The translations under genes were made by a program, and so were the position numbers. Under the pieces are notes generated by a model. It made no database searches. It saw only the letters and a list, made by a program, of their open reading frames with translations, and was not told the DNA's origin. A stretch of DNA of 64,000 bases from Candidatus Obscuribacteraceae bacterium (GTDB taxonomy: Bacteria > Cyanobacteriota > Vampirovibrionia > Obscuribacterales > Obscuribacteraceae), in assembly GCA_044229845.1 (NCBI GenBank), contig JBGASG010000002.1, positions 32,001-96,000 of the forward strand, given 5' to 3'. The first letter of the stretch is position 1. Each line of letters starts with the position of its first letter. This document shows, in pieces, positions 20,650 through 31,469 of the stretch.

Positions 20650-22275
20650 ATGACTGGATTCGACCGACCAGAACCGCCTGCATCGGAAGAAACGCTTGCG
20701 CGCGACCGGCTCATGTCCGACGTGTCGGCACCGAATGCGCCGGACGCACTTAGATCCGCACCGAATGCGGTGGGTATCGAATGGAAGCTGCCGGCTCTGG
20801 AGCTTGTAGACCCCGCCGCGTGGACAGTCGCAGTAGACCTGACATCAGATTTGATTCTGCCTGACGGCACTGATGTCGGTGGGCACCACGAGTTGTCCAA
20901 GTTGGAGCAACTGGTGGAAGCGAGTAAGGGACAACCGGACGTCGCCATCGCTGTACAAGTTGCGGACAGCCGCTCCCGAGAGCAACTGCCGACCAACGGC
21001 ACGGGTCAGCAGCAAGACGTGCAACTGGACCGGTACATCATCCGCGACGGACAACTCACTAAAGTTGAAACTGTCGATTCCCAAGGGATACAAGAGAACC
21101 AGACGGGATTACTGCAATTCGCCACTCAGTTCGCGCCGTCCGATCACATCGGTCTTGTAATTCAATCACATGGAGGCGGCGCCGATGGATTGGTTGGTGG
21201 CACCGGTGCAGAAACATTGGCTCAGCTGAATGCAGCAGTCAAAACCGGACTGGGCGGCAGCGGGCACGAGCGCCTGGACTTGCTGGACTTCGATGCCTGC
21301 TCGATGGCATCTGCCGCCACCCTGGGTGCCGTCAAAGATGTCGCCGATCAAGTCGTCGCATCGAAGCTTCGAGAGCGTGCCAGCAAAAATTTCGATGGAC
21401 AGAATCTAAATGCAATCCTGACCAATCTGTTGCAAAACCCACAGCTCAGCCCGGAGGATCTGGCGAAGACATTCGTGCAGCGAGCCAACGAGGGCGTCAC
21501 ACCGGAAGTGCTCCAGGGCGATCCGTTCAAACACGCCGGCGCGGATGTTCTATCAAGCTATGACTCCAGTCAGTATGGTCAATTCAGCAACGCATTGAAT
21601 GCCCTGGGCGTGCAGCTGACACATGCCGTGACTCAGGATGCGGCCGCACGATCCGAGATCGAGCAACTGATTGACGAGACCAGCGAGCTTCCGGGTGGTC
21701 AGAACTTTCCTGAGCGACGAGACTTGAGGGAATTTGTCCAGTCGGTTAAAGCGGCCTCCGACAGCGGCGAATTGCGCGACGATGACGGAGCGATATCGCG
21801 CGCAGCCACGCAACTGCTCGATGCACAGGCAAACCTGACGGTCGACACGCAAACAGTCAACGCCGCAGGTTATGACCAACTTGGTGGCATGTATGTTTTC
21901 TTGCCGGTGCAGGCGGTCCGAGAAGGCAGCGTGGACGGTCCCGATGGGTTGCATCACCTGGAGCAAATCGCTAACAGGGAACCGCGAGATAGAAACCAGA
22001 CAGTCGAGGCGCTCGAGATTATTTCGAATGAGATTGCTGGGAAGCTTTCGGATGGCGCACTTCAACAATTCCAGCCAGTGATCGATGCTGTGAACACAAT
22101 CAAGAACGCGAAGAGCGATGCTGACTTCCGGGACGCTCTGCATGCACTGGGCACTGTGGTGAAGCCACTGCTCGCATCCGACGTCGAGCGAGAGCTGATC
22201 AACAACCTCATCCATAGAGAAGACGTTCCACAAGCTGATCAATGGAACGAATTTACGCATGTGTTTGGCGCATGA
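20650..22275 (+). CDS. Clostripain (peptidase C11)-family protease
   Basis: LVIQSHGGG (His) and LLDFDACSMAS (Cys); late GG.YVFLP and W motifs. Confidence 0.85.
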   Translation: MTGFDRPEPPASEETLARDRLMSDVSAPNAPDALRSAPNAVGIEWKLPALELVDPAAWTVAVDLTSDLILPDGTDVGGHHELSKLEQLVEASKGQPDVAIAVQVADSRSREQLPTNGTGQQQDVQLDRYIIRDGQLTKVETVDSQGIQENQTGLLQFATQFAPSDHIGLVIQSHGGGADGLVGGTGAETLAQLNAAVKTGLGGSGHERLDLLDFDACSMASAATLGAVKDVADQVVASKLRERASKNFDGQNLNAILTNLLQNPQLSPEDLAKTFVQRANEGVTPEVLQGDPFKHAGADVLSSYDSSQYGQFSNALNALGVQLTHAVTQDAAARSEIEQLIDETSELPGGQNFPERRDLREFVQSVKAASDSGELRDDDGAISRAATQLLDAQANLTVDTQTVNAAGYDQLGGMYVFLPVQAVREGSVDGPDGLHHLEQIANREPRDRNQTVEALEIISNEIAGKLSDGALQQFQPVIDAVNTIKNAKSDADFRDALHALGTVVKPLLASDVERELINNLIHREDVPQADQWNEFTHVFGA

Positions 22276-22336
22276 AACTTGCTCTACAGAAGCGCGTCTT
22301 TTGGTTTAGCGAGTATGAATAGCCGCAGGATGTGCG

Positions 22337-22957
22337 ATGCCCGTATGTAGCAAATTGATGCGTGTGTTTCTTGCCCTGATTGCTCTGCTTGCAGCGACCG
22401 CGTTGCTGCCAGTGCAACCAGGCAACGCATCGCACGCAGCCGGTGCTGCCGACGAATGGTACAGCCGGCTGCGAGTCACAAAGGTCTCGCCAGATCTGTA
22501 TTACGGACGGCAGCCCCGCGAAGAAGACTTTGCTGAGCTGAAGCGGCTAGGCATCAAAACTGTGATCAGCACGCGGTTAAATGGGCACCGATCTGATGAA
22601 GATGCCGAGCAGTGCAAACGCGTAGGTCTGCAACACGTGCATCTGCCGGTAGGTTTCTTCATTCCACCGGACCATGAAATGGCAGAGTTTCTACAGATCG
22701 TCACCGATCCCAAATATGCGCCCGTCTATATTCATTGCCAGGGTGCGTGGCACCGCGCCCCGCTGTTCGCGTGCCTCTACAGGATTAAAGTGCAAGGCTG
22801 GAGCTATGAGAGAGCCTACGCCGAACTGATTTCCTACGGACACTTCAAACCGTGGTTCTTCCGCAACCTGCAACACGGTCTGGAACTGGCGGCGGGTCGC
22901 CGAGAAGCGACACACCATCACATCGTCTCCGAAGCTTCGGCAAGAAGTGCGCAATAA
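22337..22957 (+). CDS. Exported PTP/DSP-superfamily phosphatase
   Basis: Signal peptide; LYYGRQP, LGIKTVI and PVYIHCQGAWHRA (CX5R). Confidence 0.85.
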   Translation: MPVCSKLMRVFLALIALLAATALLPVQPGNASHAAGAADEWYSRLRVTKVSPDLYYGRQPREEDFAELKRLGIKTVISTRLNGHRSDEDAEQCKRVGLQHVHLPVGFFIPPDHEMAEFLQIVTDPKYAPVYIHCQGAWHRAPLFACLYRIKVQGWSYERAYAELISYGHFKPWFFRNLQHGLELAAGRREATHHHIVSEASARSAQ

Positions 22958-23089
22958 CGCACCGACAACCCACCGGCTTATTGCTATTCTTCAAGCATCC
23001 TCCGTAACACCTTCGTCACTGCATTTTTGTGGTGTGGTATGTCGCGCGCGCCCCTAGCCGCTTACACGCCGCCTACAGGAAGCTTTACT

Positions 23090-25492
23090 ATGACTACAAA
23101 ACCGACCGACGCGCCCCTGACTGGCGGCGCGAAACAGGCCGATTCCCCTCAACTCAATCTAGTTGACCTGTCTGCGACAGCCGATAATTTAGCCCTGCCG
23201 GATGCTCCGCCCCGCGCCGCGGAATCCTCGCGGCTGATGCCCGGAGCGGACGTGGCAAGCGATGGCTCGATCACGTTCACGCCCGACACCAGCATGTCCG
23301 CAGAAAAGCCAGACAAGCCCAGAGTCGTTAAAGACGACAAGGGACACGTCACTGAAGTCAATTACCCCGACGGCTCCGCGCGTCGATTCGGCTACGCCGA
23401 CGACGGCACCGTCAATCGCGTCCAGGAGCCAGACGGTCGCGTTTTCGTGCTAAAAGACGGCAAATGGGAAGAAACCGAAAACAGCAAACATCGTCCCGGC
23501 GGGGCACCGCCTGGACAGGGCGGTCCCTCTAATAAACCGGAAAATCACGACCCGCCATTCGTCTCCATTTCAGTTGCAGACGACGGAACAGTCAGCTACA
23601 AGACGAAGGACGGGTGTGATGTCCGCGACTACCCGGACGGCTCAAGCGATACCCGCAACGAGAAATCCGGCTACATCGTGCATAAAGATACGGATAATTC
23701 AGTGGACTTTGTCATCACGGGCGCCGGCGACATGGTCATCGTACACCGCGACGCCAACGGCAGGCCCGACAAAGTCACGCTCGACATGATGCACACCTAT
23801 CATCTGGAAAACGGCAAATGGGTGACGGCCGACGGCAGTCCTGCACCAGTCAGTGAACTGGAAGTGTGGAACGACGGCACAATTACTTACGTCGACGGCG
23901 CCACTGGTGCCTGGGTCTCCAAGCGTCCTGATGGAACCAAAGCCGTCAGGCAAGGAAACGGCGATCGCATCGAAACCAACGCGCGTGGTCAGGTCGTCGA
24001 AACTCAATCCGGCAACTTTCAGATAAACAGAAAGTTCACCTATGACGACCAGGGCAACCTCACCGCCGTCATCAGCGACGACGGGTCAAAGATAGAAAAG
24101 GATGCCGACGGCAACTGGCACGACAAAGACGGCAACGAAATTGAAAACGTAACGGTAGATGCGGACGGCACCATCCACTACGTGAATGATGACGACAAGT
24201 TGGTGACGCTCAAAGTCGATGGCAGCACCACGACCACTTCGATGGACGCAGACGACATCGAAGACCTGGCGCACCAGATTGGTGTCGCCGGTGACATGCC
24301 GTCGATGCTCAAGTACCAGCAACTCGACGAAATCAAAGATCAGCTCGAAGACATGTCGCCAGCCGATCGACTGGCGCTGGAGAAAGCATACGAAGCGCGC
24401 TACGGCAGGAAACTCACCGACGACCTCAAGGAAAACTTCGGTGCAGACAACGTCGCGGATGTCGTCAAAGATCTGGAAGTCGCGCGGCTGCTCGACGACG
24501 CTCGCCAGCGCATGAGTGACTCCGAGTACCAGCAATTCGTTACTGACCTGAACAAGTTTTTGCAACGCGCCAAGACAGACGGGATCAGTGACCAGCAAAT
24601 AGGCGACACGCTCGACGCGTTCGACAAATTGTTGACCGAACCGCAAGCGAAATTAGATGCGAAGCAGCGCAAAGGACTGGCGCTACAAATGATGGGTTTC
24701 GCCGCTGACCCGAGCAGCATCGATCAAGGGAGCCACGGAACATGCGCCGCGAACGATGTGGAAGTGATCACGTGGACGCGGCATCCAGAGAATGCCGCCG
24801 GGTTGATCGCGCAAGTCGCTATCGAAGGCAAGTACACCGCCACCGATGGCCACGAGGTTATGGTGCCACCAGAGAATCTGATTCCGCAACCCGGAACCGA
24901 AGGTCGAACCAACACCGACCAGCGCATGTTTGCATCGCAGATTTTCCAGGCGACAGTACTGTGCGACATCGGTTCCCGACGCGAGCCACCGGTGTACTAC
25001 AAACAGGGACAGCCGTCACCAGGCAACAGCAACGGCGAGTACTGGGTCGATGAAAACGGCAAGGAAGTCGGGCCCTTCAAAGGACTGGTTCCGCGTGATA
25101 CCGTCGATGAATTGCTGCGACTCAACGATGATGAAGGGCAGTATTTCATTTACTCCGACTCGTGGGGAACCAGCCATGTCATCACATTCAACAGTGAAGA
25201 AGAACTGCGCGAAGAGTTGGCGGAAGCCAAGGAAGACGGACAGTTCCCGATCATCATTCACGTTTGCTCCGATGATAAGTTGTTCAATCCGTCGGCGAAG
25301 CCCGGCGATTTCAAGAAACGCGACCACGTCGTCGTAATTGATGACTACAACCCGGAGACCGGTCAAGTGAGGATCGACAACAGCTGGGGCGATGAAGATG
25401 ACAAATGGGTCGACGTAGCGGATCTATATCAAGCGACGGTTCCCTACACGCCACCACCTAAGGACCAGAACTACAATCGACCAGCCGCTTGA
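23090..25492 (+). CDS. YD-repeat protein with annexin-like helix motif and C-terminal papain-like Cys protease
   Basis: DDKGHVTEVNYPDG..RFGY; IDQGSHGTC (Cys codon 24743), DHVVVI (His 25325) and IDNSWG (Asn 25379). Confidence 0.8.
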   Translation: MTTKPTDAPLTGGAKQADSPQLNLVDLSATADNLALPDAPPRAAESSRLMPGADVASDGSITFTPDTSMSAEKPDKPRVVKDDKGHVTEVNYPDGSARRFGYADDGTVNRVQEPDGRVFVLKDGKWEETENSKHRPGGAPPGQGGPSNKPENHDPPFVSISVADDGTVSYKTKDGCDVRDYPDGSSDTRNEKSGYIVHKDTDNSVDFVITGAGDMVIVHRDANGRPDKVTLDMMHTYHLENGKWVTADGSPAPVSELEVWNDGTITYVDGATGAWVSKRPDGTKAVRQGNGDRIETNARGQVVETQSGNFQINRKFTYDDQGNLTAVISDDGSKIEKDADGNWHDKDGNEIENVTVDADGTIHYVNDDDKLVTLKVDGSTTTTSMDADDIEDLAHQIGVAGDMPSMLKYQQLDEIKDQLEDMSPADRLALEKAYEARYGRKLTDDLKENFGADNVADVVKDLEVARLLDDARQRMSDSEYQQFVTDLNKFLQRAKTDGISDQQIGDTLDAFDKLLTEPQAKLDAKQRKGLALQMMGFAADPSSIDQGSHGTCAANDVEVITWTRHPENAAGLIAQVAIEGKYTATDGHEVMVPPENLIPQPGTEGRTNTDQRMFASQIFQATVLCDIGSRREPPVYYKQGQPSPGNSNGEYWVDENGKEVGPFKGLVPRDTVDELLRLNDDEGQYFIYSDSWGTSHVITFNSEEELREELAEAKEDGQFPIIIHVCSDDKLFNPSAKPGDFKKRDHVVVIDDYNPETGQVRIDNSWGDEDDKWVDVADLYQATVPYTPPPKDQNYNRPAA

Positions 25493-25776
25493 CGGGTTCC
25501 CGCCATGAGCGGACCATCGACCGCTGGTCATGGCGTCGACTCTGGGTCTCGGGGTACCCGAACCAGATTAGTTTTCGAAGATCAGCGAAATTCGAGTTGC
25601 CAACCTATTGATTAATGCACATGTCCAAGATATCTTCTTTCAGGTATGACATGTCGGATTCCATCCCGATTACCAACCGAGCGCGGGGCGACTTCTGTCT
25701 GCCACCATACACTCTCGATGCATTCCGCCGCCGACACCGGAAAGACATCGACAGCGACTGCAACATTGAGGTGATC

Positions 25777-25974
25777 ATGGCTTGTCAAACTTGTAATGGC
25801 AGTGGACATTGTCGAACTTGTGCTGGTCAAGGCAAATTTCGCTGCAGCGCGTGCAATGGAACTGGTAAGTCGGGTGCTGAGGCATGCGCTTCCTGTGAAG
25901 GGAAAGGTAACTCTGATTGCTCCATATGTGGTGGCACTGGCACTTGTAAGGTCTGCAACGGTTCGGGCGACTAG
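25777..25974 (+). CDS. Small DnaJ-type zinc-finger-only protein (six CxxCxGxG-type motifs)
   Basis: RBS GAGGTG; 65 aa with 12 Cys. Confidence 0.85.
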   Translation: MACQTCNGSGHCRTCAGQGKFRCSACNGTGKSGAEACASCEGKGNSDCSICGGTGTCKVCNGSGD

Positions 25975-25982
25975 GAGGATAG

Positions 25983-26192
25983 ATGGCTACTTGTAATTCG
26001 TGTAACGGTTCTGGCTCCTGCCGCACTTGCGCTGGACAAGGAAGGTTCCGATGCAACAGTTGCAATGGAACTGGAAAATCGGGTGACGCTGACTGCTCTT
26101 CCTGCAATGGCGCCGGTAATTCACCTTGCAATATCTGCAATGAGAGTGGCAAATGCAGCACGTGTGAAGGCACTGGCAACGTAGGTGGTTAG
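25983..26192 (+). CDS. Small DnaJ-type zinc-finger-only protein, tandem paralog of the preceding gene
   Basis: RBS AGGAGG; same Cys spacing and shared CRTCAGQG and CNGTGKSG. Confidence 0.85.
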   Translation: MATCNSCNGSGSCRTCAGQGRFRCNSCNGTGKSGDADCSSCNGAGNSPCNICNESGKCSTCEGTGNVGG

Positions 26193-26200
26193 ATAAATCA

Positions 26201-26809
26201 ATGCAGGAACTGGAATTCATTAGACAGGTTTGTATAGGAGCTCTTGGACCGTTCGCTCAAGAGCTCTGGAAAAGAGTCTCTGGAAAGTTGGTCGATCGAG
26301 CCGAAGAAGAAATTTCAGACAAACTCATTAAACCGACAACCAAGGTTGAGAATTCGGTTGCTTCGGCCAAGGTGGCAGGCGCGGTGCAAGCTGAACTGAT
26401 GGTCGATGATCGCCACCCCAGTGACTCTGAGTGGCTATTAGCGACGGCGAAAGTTCTGAGCCCAACGTCGTGGAGAGTCCTCTTTTATCTGTACCACTCG
26501 TCATCAGCTCGAACGTGCGATGACATTCGCAAAGCTGTCTATCCCCAGATCAAAAGCCGATCAACCAACCTCATCAAAACACTTGATGCCGAATTTTCCT
26601 ACCGCCTAATGTGGCTATCCATTTTTTTCGGCCTCATCGATCGGAACGACGGTCCAGATGTCACAAACTACTCGATAACAGCGACAGGAACTTCGCTTAT
26701 TGATCGGCTTCAGCAAAAGGAACACAATGCTCTCTTCCTGGAGGAAGATTTTGCTGAACTCAAGGAAGTTGCATCTGGACTTTCAAGAAGGCGGCGCAGG
26801 GCAGATTAG
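26201..26809 (+). CDS. Hypothetical protein, possible winged-helix C-terminal half
   Basis: 202-aa ORF 8 bp downstream of the Zn-finger gene; LSPTSWRVLFYL and FGLID..YSITATG pattern. Confidence 0.6.
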   Translation: MQELEFIRQVCIGALGPFAQELWKRVSGKLVDRAEEEISDKLIKPTTKVENSVASAKVAGAVQAELMVDDRHPSDSEWLLATAKVLSPTSWRVLFYLYHSSSARTCDDIRKAVYPQIKSRSTNLIKTLDAEFSYRLMWLSIFFGLIDRNDGPDVTNYSITATGTSLIDRLQQKEHNALFLEEDFAELKEVASGLSRRRRRAD

Positions 26810-27112
26810 ACCTGCTGACCTGCCCCCATATTTAGTGCCAATCTAATTTGAGAATTCGGCATTATTCTTGACTCTTGATTCATGGTAAACCGCATGGCTG
26901 CTGCGAAAGTCAGACGGCGTCTGGAAATCCAAAACTGGCGTCGTCTAAAATTAGACTCCTCGTTCCAGCTGCTCAATTCGAGAGGTAAGGACAGGAAAGT
27001 TGCGGCGGATTTTGGACCCCATTGGAATCGCACTCGCACCAACCAATTCCGACTGCGAAATTGCACAGCAGCCTTCTCTTAGGCGCCGGATATCTTGAAC
27101 GAGCGCAATCGA

Positions 27113-27532
27113 CTATCTATCGCTCAGCCTCACAAAATCGCCCACCTCAACGCGGTCGAATTCGTTCTGAGAAACGATAATTTCCTCAGTGGTGGTTGGA
27201 TTGGCCCATCCGATGCCGATATACGGCGTCGGATGAATGACCTTTTTCCTCACTTGCGTTTCCGGCTTCCGGTCGATGCTACGCAGGGTTGCCATTTTTG
27301 ACTGAACATGAATCACCTCACCCCTACCTCGGAGCAGCTCCAACCGTCCGAGCGACTTTCTTGAGACAGGATCTACTACATCCGGTCCAATCCCGAAAAC
27401 CAAGTACTTCTGCTTCAATTTGACACCGCTTTCTTGCCCAATGTTGATTACGATTTCCTGGATGGCTCCGTCTGGCGATTGTAAAATACTAGCAACTCGC
27501 CCTTGAGCAGCATGTTCCGACTTGTCAGTCAT
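27113..27532 (-). CDS. Small beta-barrel protein, FlgT C-terminal-like
   Basis: IVINIG.ESGVK...YLVF..G..VVDP.S..SLG and V.VGD.V; the ATG overlaps the end of the upstream gene. Confidence 0.6.
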   Translation of the reverse strand: MTDKSEHAAQGRVASILQSPDGAIQEIVINIGQESGVKLKQKYLVFGIGPDVVDPVSRKSLGRLELLRGRGEVIHVQSKMATLRSIDRKPETQVRKKVIHPTPYIGIGWANPTTTEEIIVSQNEFDRVEVGDFVRLSDR

Positions 27533-28118
27533 CAGTTTCTTCTCCACTGGCTTCGATTGGCCTAGCTACTCTAGATTGACTCTCCCATATGTCGTGAGAG
27601 ATATTAGGCTTCACAACGATAGCTTCCAGCGCTTGCTTGTCATTCAACATTATCATGTCCCACGTGTTGGCCCTTTCTTGGAAGGCCACCGAAACAGTGA
27701 TTTGAATCAATCTTTCCTCCGGCTGGACGACCGAGACCCAACCGATCCCAATCTGCGTTTCAAATCGCTGCGCGTCTTTGTGAAACACGCTAACCATATC
27801 TCCCACCGAAAATAAGTCTGACTGCTCAAGCGCCAATACAAGGTAGGGAATCTTGTAGCTCTGAAGCACCCGGGGGAAGTGGCCCCTTTTAGACTCCTTT
27901 CGGGTAACCAATAGCAAATCCCAGAGGATAATTATGATACTGGTAAACCCAAAAACAAGAAAAATCGCCCCGAGGATAAGCCATCTAGCCTCAACGTGCA
28001 CCATTTTGCTCGGGTCGATAAGCATTGCCCAGAAAGCAAGTAGAAACGCCATATCGACGACAAGCGCTAGCTTGATTCTTTTGAGCGAGTCCCACAAGCT
28101 CGAAAGCAAATTCGGCAC
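27525..28118 (-). CDS. Two-TM membrane protein with C-terminal beta domain
   Basis: Two hydrophobic helices near the N-terminus; overlaps the downstream gene. Confidence 0.65.
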   Translation of the reverse strand: MPNLLSSLWDSLKRIKLALVVDMAFLLAFWAMLIDPSKMVHVEARWLILGAIFLVFGFTSIIIILWDLLLVTRKESKRGHFPRVLQSYKIPYLVLALEQSDLFSVGDMVSVFHKDAQRFETQIGIGWVSVVQPEERLIQITVSVAFQERANTWDMIMLNDKQALEAIVVKPNISHDIWESQSRVARPIEASGEETDD

Positions 28119-28153
28119 GTTCGTCTCAACAGCCTACAGTTGTGTAAGAGTCT

Positions 28154-28606
28154 TTACTGCAGCTTCGGCGGCACGGCCTTAGCAGCGAGTTCCGGGAATG
28201 GGCTGCTCGCCTTCAGTTCAGCTAAGCGGCGTTCGCCGATCTCTTGCAGAATCTTGCCTTTCTTCACGGCTTTCTGGTCGTTGGTTTTCTCGCCCAACTT
28301 GACCATCGCAACAGCCTTCAAAATCAGTCTTTGTGCGCTGGCAATATTGGATTTGTATTTCTTGCGCATGCGCTTTTCGTCATCGGTGAATTCCGGGTTG
28401 CCACCAGGCATGGCACCAAGTTGCTGCGCAGCGGTCGCGGCTCCGGGTGGTGGTGCTGCCGGATCGACGTTGCCGGGCGAGGCGCCGGCATTGCCCACGT
28501 TGATAGGCGCGGAGCCACCGAAAAAATCATTGGGGCCGGCAAATGCTGGTGCGATCGACGTCAGTGCAATAGCGGACGCGACTAGCAATTGGATTGTCGA
28601 TTTCAT
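28154..28606 (-). CDS. Exported hypothetical protein
   Basis: Signal peptide ending in AFA; RBS GGAG; basic helical C-terminus. Confidence 0.75.
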   Translation of the reverse strand: MKSTIQLLVASAIALTSIAPAFAGPNDFFGGSAPINVGNAGASPGNVDPAAPPPGAATAAQQLGAMPGGNPEFTDDEKRMRKKYKSNIASAQRLILKAVAMVKLGEKTNDQKAVKKGKILQEIGERRLAELKASSPFPELAAKAVPPKLQ

Positions 28607-28635
28607 AGTTGTCTCCGTTTCCGGTTTCGTTTGTT

Positions 28636-30219
28636 CTACTTTTTCGATGATACCGCAGTTAGTGCGGGCGGATCTTTCTTGTGAAAATCAGTGGACTGTT
28701 CGAAGGCGTGCGCTGCCTTAAGCAGCATGGCATCACTAAGTGGTGCACCTAACAACTGTAAGCCGATTGGAAGCCCGCCTTCGCCATAACCACAGGGTAA
28801 TGAGATTCCGGGTATGCCGGCCAGGTTCGCGGGTATCGTTGCAATATCGGACAGGTACATTTGCAACGGATCGTCGACCTTGGATCCGACTTCGAACGCC
28901 ACCGTGGGTGACGTTGGACACAGCAGTATATCGAACTTCTTGAATTCCAGGTCGAACTCGTTTTTAATCAGCCGGCGCACCTGCAGGGCTTTGCCGTAAA
29001 AGGCTTCGTAGTAACCCGAAGACAGCGCATAGGTGCCCAGGATTATTCTTCTCTTAACTTCAGCCCCGAAGCCTTCACGTCTCGTATTGAAGTACATCGA
29101 CAACAAATCAGGAGCATCGGTAGACCGGTGTCCGTAGCGCACACCGTCATACCGAGCCAGGTTAGCGGACGCTTCCGCAGTCGCTACCAGGTAATAGACG
29201 GGCAGCGCATGTTTCAGCATCGGCATGCTGGTTTCTTCAATGTGCGCGCCCAGTGCTGCAAATTTATCGGCTGCCGCGCGAATGGCTGTGCGCACGTCGT
29301 CGGCAATTCCTTCGCCGAGCAATTCAGAAATGATCCCGATGCGCAATGGGCTGCCGTCGGAGACGCCACATTTCGATGCGGGCAGCGAAGGCTCGTCAGC
29401 GTCAGCGTCGGCATCAGTCCCGGGTCGCCCGAGCACCGCCAGGTATTCGCCCGCATTGGTATCAGGGTAGGAAGTCGAGTCACGATGGTCATGTCCGGCG
29501 ATCACACTCAATGTGGTGGCGGTATCGCGCACGGTGCGGCCGAATGCTCCAATCTGGTCCAACGAAGAGGCATATGCCACCAGACCAAATCGGGAGACGG
29601 TGCCGTATGTCGGTTTCATCCCAACCACGCCGCAAAAAGATGCTGGTTGCCTGATACTGCCGCCGGTGTCGCTGCCTAACGCAACCACCGACTGTCCTGC
29701 CGACACGGCCGCTGCACTGCCGCCGCTGCTGCCGCCGGGGACGCGCTTCAAATTCCAGGGGTTGCGCGTTACTTTGAAGGCACTGTTCTCTGTGGACGAG
29801 CCCATCGCAAATTCATCGCAGTTCGTCTTGCCGATGATGATCGCGCCGTGCGCAGCAAGTTTCTCAGCGACTGTCGCATCGTAGGGCGGCACGAAGTTTT
29901 CCAATATCTTCGACGAGCACGTGGTCGGATAGCCTTGGACGCAGATGTTGTCCTTCAAGGCAGTCGGAATGCCGGCCAGTGCGGGCAACGACTCGACACC
30001 TTTGACCGAGGACAAAATGCGGTCTACCTCGCCGGCTTGTTTGAGAGCCAGCTCGTCGGTGACGCAGTTGAACGCCGCCAGGTCGCCATCGGTGGCGCGA
30101 ATATGATCGAGGTGCGCCTTCGTGATTTCGACGGCGCTCACTTCTTTCTTGGTCAGCATCCGATGCAGTTCGAGGACGCTGCGCCCGACTAGCGAGCGAG
30201 AGTCGCCGGAACTACTCAC
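28636..30219 (-). CDS. gatA: Asp-tRNA(Asn)/Glu-tRNA(Gln) amidotransferase subunit A
   Basis: [40 protein letters not shown] and [14 protein letters not shown]. Confidence 0.97.
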   Translation of the reverse strand: MSSSGDSRSLVGRSVLELHRMLTKKEVSAVEITKAHLDHIRATDGDLAAFNCVTDELALKQAGEVDRILSSVKGVESLPALAGIPTALKDNICVQGYPTTCSSKILENFVPPYDATVAEKLAAHGAIIIGKTNCDEFAMGSSTENSAFKVTRNPWNLKRVPGGSSGGSAAAVSAGQSVVALGSDTGGSIRQPASFCGVVGMKPTYGTVSRFGLVAYASSLDQIGAFGRTVRDTATTLSVIAGHDHRDSTSYPDTNAGEYLAVLGRPGTDADADADEPSLPASKCGVSDGSPLRIGIISELLGEGIADDVRTAIRAAADKFAALGAHIEETSMPMLKHALPVYYLVATAEASANLARYDGVRYGHRSTDAPDLLSMYFNTRREGFGAEVKRRIILGTYALSSGYYEAFYGKALQVRRLIKNEFDLEFKKFDILLCPTSPTVAFEVGSKVDDPLQMYLSDIATIPANLAGIPGISLPCGYGEGGLPIGLQLLGAPLSDAMLLKAAHAFEQSTDFHKKDPPALTAVSSKK

Positions 30220-31469
30220 GGCACGTACTTCTTAAAGACGAGGCTGGCGTTGTGACCGCCGAAGCCGAAGCTGTTCGACATGACTCCGGTGACATCGACA
30301 TCGCGGCGCGCCGTATTCGGCACGTAATCGAGGTCGCACAGCTCATCAGGGTTATCCAGGTTAATCGTCGGCGGAACGGCGCGCTCGGCAATAGCCAGAC
30401 ACGAAATCGCAGCTTCGATGCCGCCGGCGGCGCCCAGCAAGTGACCGGTCATCGACTTGGTCGACGACACCGGCACCTTCGCGGCATGGTCGCCGAAGAC
30501 GCGCTTGATGGCTGCGGTTTCGGCGCGATCGCCCAGCGTGGTCGAGGTGCCGTGGGCGTTGATGTAATTGATGTCGCTGGGTTTCATACCACCGTCTTCC
30601 AGCGCGATCATCATGGAGCGCGCCGCGCCTTCACCGTCTCCGCAAGGAGCAACGATATCGTAGGCGTCGCCGGTGGCGCCGTAGCCTGCCACCTCGGCAT
30701 AAATCTTGGCTCCGCGCTTGGCGGCGAACTTGGCGTTTTCCAGCATGAGCACGGCGCCGCCTTCAGCCATGACGAAACCGTCGCGGTCTTTGTCGAAGGG
30801 ACGCGATGCCTTTTCGGGCTCGTCATTGCGGGTCGAGAGCGTGCGCGCGGCGGCGAATCCCGCCATGCACAGCGGCGTAATCGGCGCTTCGGAACCGCCG
30901 GCAAACATCACATCGGCGTCGCCGCGCTTGATGATGTTGCAGGCATCGCCTATCGAGTGCGCCGACGTGGCGCATGCGGTCACCGAACACAAGTTCGGTC
31001 CCTTGGCGTTATAGATAATCGAAACCCAGCCCGCCGCCATATTAACGATCAGCATCGGCACCGTAAATGGTGACACGCGATCCGGACCGCGCTCGAGCAT
31101 CGCCCGGTAATTCTTTTCGAAGGTGGACAATCCGCCTGCTGCCGAACCGATGACGACGCCGAAACGCTCCGGCTTCAGATCGGCTCGCGCCGCTTCCAGT
31201 CCGGAGTCTTCATATGCCAGCTTTGCTGCCGCCACCGCAAACTGAATAAAGCGGTCCTGGCGCTTCGCCGACTTCGCATCCGTATATTGCAGCGGATCGA
31301 ACTCAGTGATCTCACCGGCAATTTTGCAAGCCGACATTTCGTCGGGCTTGAGCAGTGTCACGGTGCGGATGCCGGACTTACCATTTAATAGATTCGGCCA
31401 GAAAGTATCCTTTCCGATACCTACTGACGAAAGAACACCGATACCTGTAACAACAACGCGCTCTGCCAT
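30216..31469 (-). CDS. fabF: Beta-ketoacyl-ACP synthase II
   Basis: [25 protein letters not shown] and [10 protein letters not shown]. Confidence 0.97.
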   Translation of the reverse strand: MAERVVVTGIGVLSSVGIGKDTFWPNLLNGKSGIRTVTLLKPDEMSACKIAGEITEFDPLQYTDAKSAKRQDRFIQFAVAAAKLAYEDSGLEAARADLKPERFGVVIGSAAGGLSTFEKNYRAMLERGPDRVSPFTVPMLIVNMAAGWVSIIYNAKGPNLCSVTACATSAHSIGDACNIIKRGDADVMFAGGSEAPITPLCMAGFAAARTLSTRNDEPEKASRPFDKDRDGFVMAEGGAVLMLENAKFAAKRGAKIYAEVAGYGATGDAYDIVAPCGDGEGAARSMMIALEDGGMKPSDINYINAHGTSTTLGDRAETAAIKRVFGDHAAKVPVSSTKSMTGHLLGAAGGIEAAISCLAIAERAVPPTINLDNPDELCDLDYVPNTARRDVDVTGVMSNSFGFGGHNASLVFKKYVP

